Shown here in pieces: positions 31,635 through 40,506 of a stretch of 64,000 nucleotides of DNA. Source of the DNA: Escherichia phage LF82-4. Every line of letters starts with the position of its first letter. The stretch's first letter is position 1. The translations under genes and the position numbers were made by a program. The DNA lies in the sequence record PV660448. One strand, 5' to 3'. The notes under the pieces are model-generated. The model saw only the letters and a list, made by a program, of their open reading frames with translations. It had not been told where the DNA came from and searched no databases.

Positions 31635-32098
31635 AAAGAGTCTCTTAATAGGTTTAACACATCAATAAATTCAGCTTCAGTTAGTATTGTATCATCTTTT
31701 GTTAGGTGGCTGGCCATGCTATGCTTCAAAATTTTTCCTTTAGAGGCTTGTAAGGCATCACGAAATCCCTTATTTTGGATCGCTGCTTCAAAATATGCAT
31801 TTGTGTATAATTCTTTCCACGCTTCAGAGTATCTTGAAAATGGAACTCCCAACCAGAAGAGGGTCCCACGGTCCTGAGCTCTTGCATAAGACCTTCCAGC
31901 TTGTTGGGCGGCAAGCCCGGATAGCCCAAATATACGTCTTTGTTGTTCAACATTTTTCACCTTACATCCTTGGAGAAACCCTTCAAGACCTCCGAATTGA
32001 ATACCGTCCATAACAAAAGGCCATTGAGCAAAGTTACTTAATGCACATGACGGCCACTTGAAATTACTTCTTATTTCTAATTCAGACATCTTTAACAC
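31631..32098 (-). CDS. NADAR (YbiA-like) domain protein (30.3 position)
   Basis: 155 aa; LSNFAQWPFVMDG closely resembles the YbiA/NADAR core motif FSNFAAWPIKVDG. Confidence 0.7.
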   Translation of the reverse strand: MLKMSELEIRSNFKWPSCALSNFAQWPFVMDGIQFGGLEGFLQGCKVKNVEQQRRIFGLSGLAAQQAGRSYARAQDRGTLFWLGVPFSRYSEAWKELYTNAYFEAAIQNKGFRDALQASKGKILKHSMASHLTKDDTILTEAEFIDVLNLLRDSL

Positions 32099-32300
32099 TT
32101 ATAATTTCAACATCAGCCCAATGACCATATCCGGGTATACGGTCTTCGATAGATAAATTTCCGTCATTTTTAGGCATTTTAATTGACGTAACGTATGGTT
32201 CTAAACGGTTTTCTGCATAATACGGAAAAACGTCTGTTACACGATAAGTAACTTCAATCATTTCCGTACCAAACAATTTCTGGATTAATTTATTCAACAT
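32082..32300 (-). CDS. Hypothetical protein
   Basis: 72-aa ORF in tightly packed leftward operon. Confidence 0.5.
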   Translation of the reverse strand: MLNKLIQKLFGTEMIEVTYRVTDVFPYYAENRLEPYVTSIKMPKNDGNLSIEDRIPGYGHWADVEIISVKDV

Positions 32301-32487
32301 GTTTCAACCCTTTAATAGGAGATAACTCTTTACCCATACGTATGTCAGAAGTCCAATCAACCCATTGAACAGCATACGCTTCATTGATAATTCCAGCGGC
32401 GGTTTTAAATTCAGGGAGAACTTTAAAAATCACCCCAGGAATTCCAACACCTTTTAATTGGACTGTTTGTGCTATTAAAAATTTCAT
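32290..32487 (-). CDS. Hypothetical protein
   Basis: 65-aa ORF in tightly packed leftward operon. Confidence 0.5.
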   Translation of the reverse strand: MKFLIAQTVQLKGVGIPGVIFKVLPEFKTAAGIINEAYAVQWVDWTSDIRMGKELSPIKGLKHVE

Positions 32488-32541
32488 ATTTTTCCACTTA
32501 CTAAAGAAATCATTATACTCTAATCCGTCCTTGGATGTAAA

Positions 32542-33156
32542 CTACTTAATGAAATTAATTTCTACCGGATGAACAACAGGTTGAGCAGTGATATATTGAG
32601 TAATTGCTTTCATGACTAGAGCTTCAGAGCCAGGATTTTTCTCAACGAATTCACGTGCTTGGTTATGAGCTTCAAGTTCACTTAGTAAACCACTTCGTTG
32701 ACATCCACGGTCTTGAGTACCCTGTTCAGATAAAAAGGCGACGATGTATTTTTCATCGTCATAAGGTTTAGGCAGTTGAGCAAACGTTCCTTTACTTCCG
32801 AAAGGAGAGTTATGACGCCACATATCGCCGTGAGGAGTTTCAACCTTCGTATATTCGTGCGGGCCATTTTTCTTAATTTCTTGATGTGGAACTTCATGGA
32901 CCTTAGGGTTAGGACATTCAATAAAATGCTCGTCTAAATCGGTCGAGAATATTAAAGTAAAACAATTACTGAATTTACCAACACCTGCCTGATAAATTTT
33001 ACCTTCAGAAGTTCTAATTTCACAAACTGAGCCGGCATCAGTAACTTCTAAAACTTCAAAAGGCTCGATAAGGTCATATGAGAACATGTTTTTAAGGCGT
33101 GGAGTAATATCCCCATTTTTAAAATTCATTTTATAAAAAGTATTAACTTTAAACAT
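32542..33156 (-). CDS. Hypothetical protein (204 aa)
   Basis: ATG with SD GAGGA; UUCG hairpin just upstream. Confidence 0.6.
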   Translation of the reverse strand: MFKVNTFYKMNFKNGDITPRLKNMFSYDLIEPFEVLEVTDAGSVCEIRTSEGKIYQAGVGKFSNCFTLIFSTDLDEHFIECPNPKVHEVPHQEIKKNGPHEYTKVETPHGDMWRHNSPFGSKGTFAQLPKPYDDEKYIVAFLSEQGTQDRGCQRSGLLSELEAHNQAREFVEKNPGSEALVMKAITQYITAQPVVHPVEINFIK

Positions 33157-33191
33157 AATTTCCTCAGTGGGAGCCGAAGCTCCCAGTTAAA

Positions 33192-33557
33192 TTAGATATC
33201 GAATTCATTAAGAACTACATCAAAGATTGCTTCCAGGTGTTCAGGTTTAGCTCGGTTGCTCAGGATGTGACGAATCCAAGTTTTAACCAGAAGCTTACGA
33301 TTAACACCGTTCCAGCAAGGATGAGTACCTAAATCACGCTGACGGAAATCGTCATCTAATGCAATTTTGAAGTTGGAACCTTCCATCGTGATTGAAACCG
33401 TGATGCCATTTTCAAATCGCATATAAACGTAATTAGGAGTCATGCACTGTTCGATTTCACATACTGAACCATTTTTATGTTTCCATAAGCAAATAACTTC
33501 AGAAGAACCAGCGATACCGTTAGAAACATATTTACGTTCGAAGTTGATGTAGTTCAT
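33192..33557 (-). CDS. Hypothetical protein (~121 aa)
   Basis: Internal ATG (MNYINFERK...) with SD GGAG; upstream promoter-embedded hairpin. Confidence 0.6.
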   Translation of the reverse strand: MNYINFERKYVSNGIAGSSEVICLWKHKNGSVCEIEQCMTPNYVYMRFENGITVSITMEGSNFKIALDDDFRQRDLGTHPCWNGVNRKLLVKTWIRHILSNRAKPEHLEAIFDVVLNEFDI

Positions 33558-33585
33558 TTTATTCTCCAGATGTTTAAGTTGTTTG

Positions 33586-33627
33586 TTGGTACAGGTATAT
33601 AATAACATAACCTGTACCAAAGTAAAC
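33586..33627 (-). promoter_or_regulatory. Early-promoter-like element with -10 inside a stem-loop (PeSL-like)
   Basis: GTTTAC at 33622-33627; 10-bp inverted repeat TTGGTACAGG/CCTGTACCAA (33586-33620) enclosing TATATAAT. Confidence 0.5.
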
Positions 33628-33631
33628 TGTT

Positions 33632-34000
33632 TTATGCAACTTTAATCCAATTGTCTAAATTTAAAACACCTTTGGCTTTCATTTTTTCGATCAGGTTATC
33701 TGCTGTAATGCGTCCATTTTGATACCATGTAACATCTTCAGAGTAACCAGTTTCTTCGTCAACATATGTTTCTGAACGAATTTTACCTGTAATAATAGTT
33801 TTTAATTCGTATGTGTCACCTGTGAAAAAGTTTGCTAACACAATTTTCCAAGAGAAATCATCAGAAGGACCTTCAGGGGTCATACAACCTACGAACTCAA
33901 ATTGCTCTTTGTATAACATCCACTGGAATTCTTTAATTTCGATAGCTTTATAACCGTCGTGGTCTTTACATTTGATGTATGAGTTCAGATTGATTTTCAT
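33632..34000 (-). CDS. Hypothetical protein (122 aa)
   Basis: ATG with SD GGAGAA; early-promoter-like element upstream. Confidence 0.6.
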   Translation of the reverse strand: MKINLNSYIKCKDHDGYKAIEIKEFQWMLYKEQFEFVGCMTPEGPSDDFSWKIVLANFFTGDTYELKTIITGKIRSETYVDEETGYSEDVTWYQNGRITADNLIEKMKAKGVLNLDNWIKVA

Positions 34001-34037
34001 TTTGTTCTCCGGTTTGTTTTATTGATTAGGTGGTACA

Positions 34038-34071
34038 AGTCTATAGTAACACATCCTACAGGAGAGTAAAC
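34038..34071 (-). promoter_or_regulatory. T4 early-promoter-like element
   Basis: GTTTAC...TGTTACTATAG cassette upstream of ORF 33632-34000. Confidence 0.5.
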
Positions 34072-34108
34072 ACTTTTTTTAAACTTTTTCTGCCCTAAAC
34101 GCACAAAA

Positions 34109-34126
34109 GGGAGACCGAAGTCTCCC
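34109..34126 (-). terminator. Hairpin terminator after the 59-aa basic ORF
   Basis: GGGAGAC-UUCG-GUCUCCC followed by UUUUGU on minus strand. Confidence 0.65.
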
Positions 34127-34131
34127 TAAAA

Positions 34132-34311
34132 TTATGCAACAACCTTTCCAAAACGAGAAGCATCATCTCGAAGAACTGCACGTGCTCTGCGCATGATCTT
34201 CTCAACTGTTTGATTAATACGAGAGTTCGACCCACGCTTGTATCCAGCGCGTTTAGAGGTACCATCAACTTTCTTTTCAACTGCTTTCTTTGCTTTAGCT
34301 TGTTTTGCCAT
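34132..34311 (-). CDS. Small highly basic protein (59 aa), not in the ORF track
   Basis: Hand-translated: MAKQAKAKKAVEKKVDGTSKRAGYKRGSNSRINQTVEKIMRRARAVLRDDASRFGKVVA; followed by GGGAGAC-UUCG-GUCUCCC terminator. Confidence 0.55.
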   Translation of the reverse strand: MAKQAKAKKAVEKKVDGTSKRAGYKRGSNSRINQTVEKIMRRARAVLRDDASRFGKVVA

Positions 34312-34474
34312 TATAAATTCTCTTTAAATGAAAATGCAGGACTTATTGACATTGCCTGCGCAAGCCCTCAAGGGGAACATAGGTTTTGGATATTTAACGA
34401 CAGGATAACCATAAACCCGTCATCATACCTACCATGACTTACACAGCTAACCTTTTGCTGACGCATGATAGCAA

Positions 34475-34723
34475 TTATTTCAAAGTAATAACAAAATGAC
34501 GAACTGCTTTACGAGCTGCAGAAGCCAGAGGCTTAGCATATTTCAGTTCATCTTTTGCTTCCAGTTCAGCAGCCAGAGTAGCCTGAGCAGGATTCAGATG
34601 TTTGAAATATCGCAGGATTTCCAGTGCTTCGGCTTCAACATCAATTGAAGCGCCGTAGTTTTCGTGACCGTTATTCCATGCGTTGCGTTGCAGTTCAAGA
34701 GCGTGTTGTAATTGTTTAATCAT
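34475..34723 (-). CDS. rIII: rIII lysis-inhibition accessory protein
   Basis: 82 aa (T4 rIII length) upstream of gene 31 in transcription order. Confidence 0.8.
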   Translation of the reverse strand: MIKQLQHALELQRNAWNNGHENYGASIDVEAEALEILRYFKHLNPAQATLAAELEAKDELKYAKPLASAARKAVRHFVITLK

Positions 34724-34847
34724 TTTAAATTCTCAATTCGAGATAATATTTAGTAGCCACGTTCGTCTGAATTTCACCTTCTTTCGACAAGTCTCTCAGT
34801 TGTAGGCTACCGCTTAGAAGAGTGTTCTCTTCATATAGTTATTTATA

Positions 34848-35180
34848 TCACTTATAAAGACACGGAATAGCTTTATAGTGGCATGTTACGAATTTCTGTT
34901 TAATTTCTTTAGGTTGTTTAAGTCCCAAAGCCACAAATGGATGTGGAACATTTCGAATTTGTCCAACTGGTAGTGGAGTCAAATCACCGACTTCAACAAA
35001 ACCTTCAGGAACATCAGGACCTACAGAATGAACTACGCATAGTTCAGGAACTTCACCTTGAACACGTTTACCAATCACAAGTCCTGATTCGGTAACTTCT
35101 TCATCACCTGCTTGAGCGGGTTCAGAAACCAGAATGACATATTCACCAACAGCACGAATTGGGAGTTGTACTTCAGACAT
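34848..35180 (-). CDS. 31: Co-chaperonin gp31 (GroES analogue)
   Basis: 110 aa, T4 gp31-like. Confidence 0.92.
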   Translation of the reverse strand: MSEVQLPIRAVGEYVILVSEPAQAGDEEVTESGLVIGKRVQGEVPELCVVHSVGPDVPEGFVEVGDLTPLPVGQIRNVPHPFVALGLKQPKEIKQKFVTCHYKAIPCLYK

Positions 35181-35237
35181 CTTATTTCCTTGTTGTTTGA
35201 CGATAGATTAATAATACCATACTATTCGTAAAGCATA

Positions 35238-35546
35238 TTACATAAGAAGCAAACGTTCTACCGGAGTACCATCAACCGAAATTACTTTATCAAGGCGGAA
35301 AGAACGCCACTGACCTAACTTGGTATCGAATGCTCGAACTGATTCACGAGGTTCATAACGAACTTCTGTTGCTGGATTGTTATTGACATATTTGACTTCA
35401 AGTTCATCGCGCGAAGCAAACATAGTGCGTACATCACCGTTAGCCTTTTCAAATACAACACAATGAACGCCTACAGACAGAATAGTTTTAATACGTTCAC
35501 GAAGAACCATAGTTTCTTGTTCAGTTAAAATCATATTATTCACCAC
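35238..35546 (-). CDS. Hypothetical protein (31.1 position)
   Basis: 102-aa ORF between cd and gene 31. Confidence 0.6.
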   Translation of the reverse strand: MVNNMILTEQETMVLRERIKTILSVGVHCVVFEKANGDVRTMFASRDELEVKYVNNNPATEVRYEPRESVRAFDTKLGQWRSFRLDKVISVDGTPVERLLLM

Positions 35547-36117
35547 AAAAGTTTCGGATTTGTTCCCAATTCAGAGAACGAAGATTATTACGAGAGTACT
35601 GAATTACTTCAATACCAGCTTGTTTTAGAATATCTGCCCAATTTTCAGGAGATCGGTCGTATAATTCTGCGTATACAACCTTTTTAATACCTGACTGCGT
35701 AATAGCTTTAGTGCAATCAGGACACGGAGAAAGCGTAGTATATAACGTAGCACCTTCAATAGAATTACCTTTACGAGCGGCAAACAAAATTGCATTCAAT
35801 TCTGCATGGATTTCATTATTAGCAGACCATGCACTATGAGCAGCTCGATGTTCTTTGGCTAAAACAAAATTATCTACCCGTCCAAATGCTGTAGTGCCTT
35901 CTTTATGTCCAGCAACGATGACTGGGATTGGTTTATTCTTCAACCAACCATTTTCAGATGCATGTTCGCAACAGTTAACGCCACCTGCAGGTGAACCGTT
36001 ATATCCAGTAGAGATAATGCGTCCATCTTTTTCAATGACGGCACCAACTTTCCATGAACAACATTTTGATTCTTGAGAAATCAGATATGCAATCTGAAGG
36101 TATGTGCTAGCTTTCAT
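35536..36117 (-). CDS. cd: dCMP deaminase
   Basis: 193 aa (T4 Cd length); zinc-binding HAE...PCxxC (HAELNAILFAARKG, SPCPDCTKAI). Confidence 0.95.
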   Translation of the reverse strand: MKASTYLQIAYLISQESKCCSWKVGAVIEKDGRIISTGYNGSPAGGVNCCEHASENGWLKNKPIPVIVAGHKEGTTAFGRVDNFVLAKEHRAAHSAWSANNEIHAELNAILFAARKGNSIEGATLYTTLSPCPDCTKAITQSGIKKVVYAELYDRSPENWADILKQAGIEVIQYSRNNLRSLNWEQIRNFCGE

Positions 36118-37109
36118 TATTGAACCTTATTAATATAAGTTAACAGCTCTTTAGTTTGTTCCCAACTGATGCACGCATCGGTAACGGAAACGCCATAGGA
36201 CATATTATCAGAAATTTTTTGATTTCCTTCATGTAGGAACGATTCTATCATAATTCCTTTGACCAAATCATTAGCTGCTAAATTTTTACCAATACCAATT
36301 TGATTGCTATAATGCCCATCAGCGTTTGCATGGCTACAGTCAACCATTACATAATGATTCAGACCTACTGCCCTTGCTTTGTTAGAAGCTTCTTGAATAT
36401 CAGAAGAATGATAGTTCGGGCCGTTGGTCCCGCCACGCAATACGATATGCGTATTCTGATTACCTTCAGCTTCAACAATGCCTACAGTACCATCGACGTC
36501 CATACCCATATACCGATGAGGCCAGGCGGCACTATACATCGCGTCTGTAGCTACTTTAATAGAACCATTGGTTGCGTTCTTGAAGCCTACGCACATCGGT
36601 AGACCTGAAGCAATTTCACGATGTGTCTGACTTTCAGTCGTACGGGCGCCAATAGCAACCCATGAGAAAATACCAGAAAGATACTTAATCGTGAATGGGT
36701 CTAATACTTCAGTTGCTAATGGAAGTCCCATACGTAGAAGTTTACGACACAATGTTCGTGCAACTATAAGACCGTGGTTCATATCAAAACTTCCGTCAAG
36801 ATATGGATCATTTACAAGACCTTTCCAACCTACGGTAGTTCGAGGCTTTTCAAAATAAACGCGCATCACTAACAGAACATTAGGAAGACGAGTTTGAAGT
36901 TCAGCCAGACGTTTGCCGTATTCAACCGCGGCAATAGGGTCATGAATTGAACAAGGACCTACAACAATAAGTTTGCGTGGGTCTTCACCGTTCATAATCG
37001 AATTAACTTGTTCGCGATGAGAAGCCACTTGTGATGCGTAAGCTTCCGACAAAGGAATAATCTCAGCCAGTTCTTTTGGAGAAATAAGTTTTCCGACGAC
37101 AGGTAACAT
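36117..37109 (-). CDS. 3-deoxy-D-arabino-heptulosonate-7-phosphate (DAHP) synthase, class I (AroF/AroG-like)
   Basis: 330 aa; motifs GPCSIHDP, VMRVYFEKPRTTVGWKGL, DCSHANADG, IMIESFLHEGNQ, YGVSVTDACISWE; SD AAGGA; stop overlaps cd start (TAATG). Confidence 0.92.
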   Translation of the reverse strand: MLPVVGKLISPKELAEIIPLSEAYASQVASHREQVNSIMNGEDPRKLIVVGPCSIHDPIAAVEYGKRLAELQTRLPNVLLVMRVYFEKPRTTVGWKGLVNDPYLDGSFDMNHGLIVARTLCRKLLRMGLPLATEVLDPFTIKYLSGIFSWVAIGARTTESQTHREIASGLPMCVGFKNATNGSIKVATDAMYSAAWPHRYMGMDVDGTVGIVEAEGNQNTHIVLRGGTNGPNYHSSDIQEASNKARAVGLNHYVMVDCSHANADGHYSNQIGIGKNLAANDLVKGIMIESFLHEGNQKISDNMSYGVSVTDACISWEQTKELLTYINKVQ

Positions 37110-37229
37110 AACAATCCTTAGGAGATATAAACAGATTCTGATTCAACAATACCTTTAACCGGATTAGACAGGCTAAGTTGGTAGTGCTCAGATTTATGAC
37201 CATTCTCGATAGTAATGAGATAGCTCTCA

Positions 37230-37466
37230 TTATAGTGTTCCATATACTCGAGTTGCTTCAACAAGACCATCACTGCCTAATTTAAGATTAGTAATTTGGT
37301 CACCATCTTTAGGATTAACGATTATGAGAAAAGAACGTGGAGATTCTTGAATAACTCGTAATGTTGCATCCTGGAAACGTTCAGACACTTTATTGATGAG
37401 TGCTTGAGCAAATTCTTTTACTTTAATCTGAAATTCGTGTACTGTAATTGGATTTTCACTTAGCAT
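37230..37466 (-). CDS. Hypothetical small protein
   Basis: Internal ATG (MLSENPITV...) with SD GAGGA; early-promoter-like element at 37492-37525. Confidence 0.45.
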   Translation of the reverse strand: MLSENPITVHEFQIKVKEFAQALINKVSERFQDATLRVIQESPRSFLIIVNPKDGDQITNLKLGSDGLVEATRVYGTL

Positions 37467-37491
37467 TTCAATTTCCTCATTTGTTGGTAGA

Positions 37492-37525
37492 GTTATAGTA
37501 TCACAACTCCACCATGTTGTAAACT
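37492..37525 (-). promoter_or_regulatory. T4 early-promoter-like element
   Basis: GTTTAC...GTGATACTATAA cassette upstream of small ORF 37230-37466. Confidence 0.5.
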
Positions 37526-37800
37526 TAAATTGCAAAACATTTAATTTCTTGTGAATCGAAATCAACTTCACACTGAATTACTAGTTCAGCATCAAGACCA
37601 AACACAACAATCACATGAGCCGAGCTGGGCAACAATGTAACAGACACAGAATCCACTTGGTCAGGCACCAGAGTATTCAAAACGTAGAGTAGTTCAGAGT
37701 GGACCTTAAGCTCGGTAGCAGTATCCAGCTTATCAAAGAAATGATTTGCGATAATCTGACTAAAAACGACCTTTACAATTTCAGAATATTTAGGGAACAT
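37525..37800 (-). CDS. Hypothetical protein
   Basis: 91-aa ORF in the cd-pseT interval. Confidence 0.5.
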   Translation of the reverse strand: MFPKYSEIVKVVFSQIIANHFFDKLDTATELKVHSELLYVLNTLVPDQVDSVSVTLLPSSAHVIVVFGLDAELVIQCEVDFDSQEIKCFAI

Positions 37801-37807
37801 AATTACC

Positions 37808-38032
37808 TCAGTGTACAGTATTTACTTTAACTCGAACAACAAATTGCTCGGTCGGTTCGCCTACAGGAACAAACTCTACATGATATTCGCCTTTGTAACG
37901 AGTATTCAGGTCGTTACGAATTTCGGTAAGCTTGTTGATTAATGTAGAACTCATATTAAGTCCTACTAGTTTACGAAGCATTTTGTATGCTTCATCTTCG
38001 ATTTCATGATGTTTATCGTACATAATTTTCAT
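37808..38032 (-). CDS. Hypothetical protein
   Basis: 74-aa ORF in the cd-pseT interval. Confidence 0.5.
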   Translation of the reverse strand: MKIMYDKHHEIEDEAYKMLRKLVGLNMSSTLINKLTEIRNDLNTRYKGEYHVEFVPVGEPTEQFVVRVKVNTVH

Positions 38033-38203
38033 TTAACCATTCAATTGCCTGGTCGACGTTATCAAATATACCACCGTCCAAACGTTCTTCATGCTCATAG
38101 TCCAGCACATCAATACCGAACTGTCCATTTACTAAAGGCCAGGCTACAAACAAATATTCTTTATGCTGTTCGATGGCCTCAATCACTTCATATAATCGTT
38201 TCA

Positions 38204-38204
<1 letters not shown>
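38013..38204 (-). CDS. Hypothetical protein
   Basis: 63-aa acidic ORF immediately downstream of pseT. Confidence 0.5.
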
Positions 38205-39290
<1,086 letters not shown>

Positions 39291-39291
<1 letters not shown>

Positions 39292-39590
39292 TATTTTATT
39301 CCTAAGAAAGTTTCAAGAATACGAATGTTATGCTCGCGCCGGTCTTTATTAATTTCAGCAACGTTTTTATTAATTGACGTACTTCTAACGTTTGAAGAAA
39401 TAAATTTAATCATATGACTTTTGAGTTGTTGCAAATCCAACCCTTTTTCTTTAGCAGCTTTACGAAGAGCTTTACCTGCTTCATCTAGTGCCTTTGCTGC
39501 ATCTTTGTCATAATTGCCAAGTGACATTCCACGACAGATATCAATATACTCATCAGACCGTTTGATGTAATTCTCTAGTAATGTTTTCAT
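39291..39590 (-). CDS. Hypothetical protein
   Basis: 99-aa ORF. Confidence 0.55.
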
Positions 39591-39647
39591 TTAGATTTCC
39601 TCAATTATCCATAGGAGCATTATAATCTGCTCCTGAGAGTTTGTAAA

Positions 39648-39872
39648 CTATTTTACTAAAGATTCAATATACTCGTGAAGAGCTTTAGTCGCTACTGCCC
39701 ACTTATTCTGATATTCATTTTTCAGATTAGCACGAGACTGAACTAACAATCGGTCATTAGTCGGAGGCAAAGATTCTAATCGTTGAATCTGGCGCCCATA
39801 AATCATAGCCGCCATTTCAGATTCATAGATAAGCCCTTTAATGTGTTCATGCTGTTCTTTAGTCATTGGCAT
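39648..39872 (-). CDS. Hypothetical protein
   Basis: 74-aa ORF. Confidence 0.55.
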   Translation of the reverse strand: MPMTKEQHEHIKGLIYESEMAAMIYGRQIQRLESLPPTNDRLLVQSRANLKNEYQNKWAVATKALHEYIESLVK

Positions 39873-40153
39873 TTTTCCTCTTTTAAACCACTACGATAAT
39901 AACATAACATAGTCTTCTGGTCATGTACATATCTTTTTACGTCGTTTAACCAGATACGAAATTCTTGAGAGTCTTCAAATGGCATTCCAACCCATGGATT
40001 ACCATCAATAACCTTTACTTGCCATTTCTGGTTATATTCAACAATAGATTCAGGCCATTGTGGATGTAAAGTTTCTTTAGGGCTTAAGGGCACATCCTGG
40101 GCACATCCAGCCAAAATGCCAATAGATAATACAACTGCGGATAATTTAATCAT
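39863..40153 (-). CDS. Outer-membrane spanin lipoprotein (o-spanin)
   Basis: 96 aa; signal peptide with lipobox LAGC; overlaps upstream i-spanin gene by 4 nt. Confidence 0.75.
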   Translation of the reverse strand: MIKLSAVVLSIGILAGCAQDVPLSPKETLHPQWPESIVEYNQKWQVKVIDGNPWVGMPFEDSQEFRIWLNDVKRYVHDQKTMLCYYRSGLKEEKCQ

Positions 40154-40506
40154 TCTGAGAGCTTCCTGAGGTCTTCTGCAAAGGAATCGAAGGACCTGTT
40201 GATTTGTTTTTCGACCAATCCTGGCTTACTTGCCACCACGTTCTTCTTCTTCGAATCCTTACGGAGCTTTTCATTTTCAGCCTTAAGTTGGTCAACTAAA
40301 ACACGGTTCTTATAAGTCATTTCTTCGATTGACTGATATTGAACTTTGAAGTCGTCTAATACTTTAGCATTGTTTTTAGCAGCCTCTTTAACAGAGGCCA
40401 ATTCAGTATTCAACGAATCAACTTTGTTGTTTAAGACAACTATTGTTACCGTAGAAACTAGAGCAAAAGCTGCTACTATAGCGTAAATCGGATTTACTTT
40501 AAGCAT
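40150..40506 (-). CDS. Inner-membrane spanin (i-spanin)
   Basis: 118 aa; N-terminal TM helix then coiled-coil-like Lys/Glu-rich periplasmic region. Confidence 0.75.
   Translation of the reverse strand: MLKVNPIYAIVAAFALVSTVTIVVLNNKVDSLNTELASVKEAAKNNAKVLDDFKVQYQSIEEMTYKNRVLVDQLKAENEKLRKDSKKKNVVASKPGLVEKQINRSFDSFAEDLRKLSE

Noticed and set aside
34312-34474. tRNA or other structured RNA gene in the longest non-coding gap
   Set aside because: I could not identify a cloverleaf (no acceptor stem / T-loop GTTC pattern) by eye; only a weak inverted repeat is present. It is left as a possible regulatory region, not called as an RNA gene.
36117-37109. Possibility that the DAHP synthase gene is host DNA contamination or an assembly chimera
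   Set aside because: The gene is translationally coupled to cd (overlapping TAATG), has a phage-type SD, is flanked on both sides by phage genes in T4 order, and has the same AT-rich composition as its neighbours.
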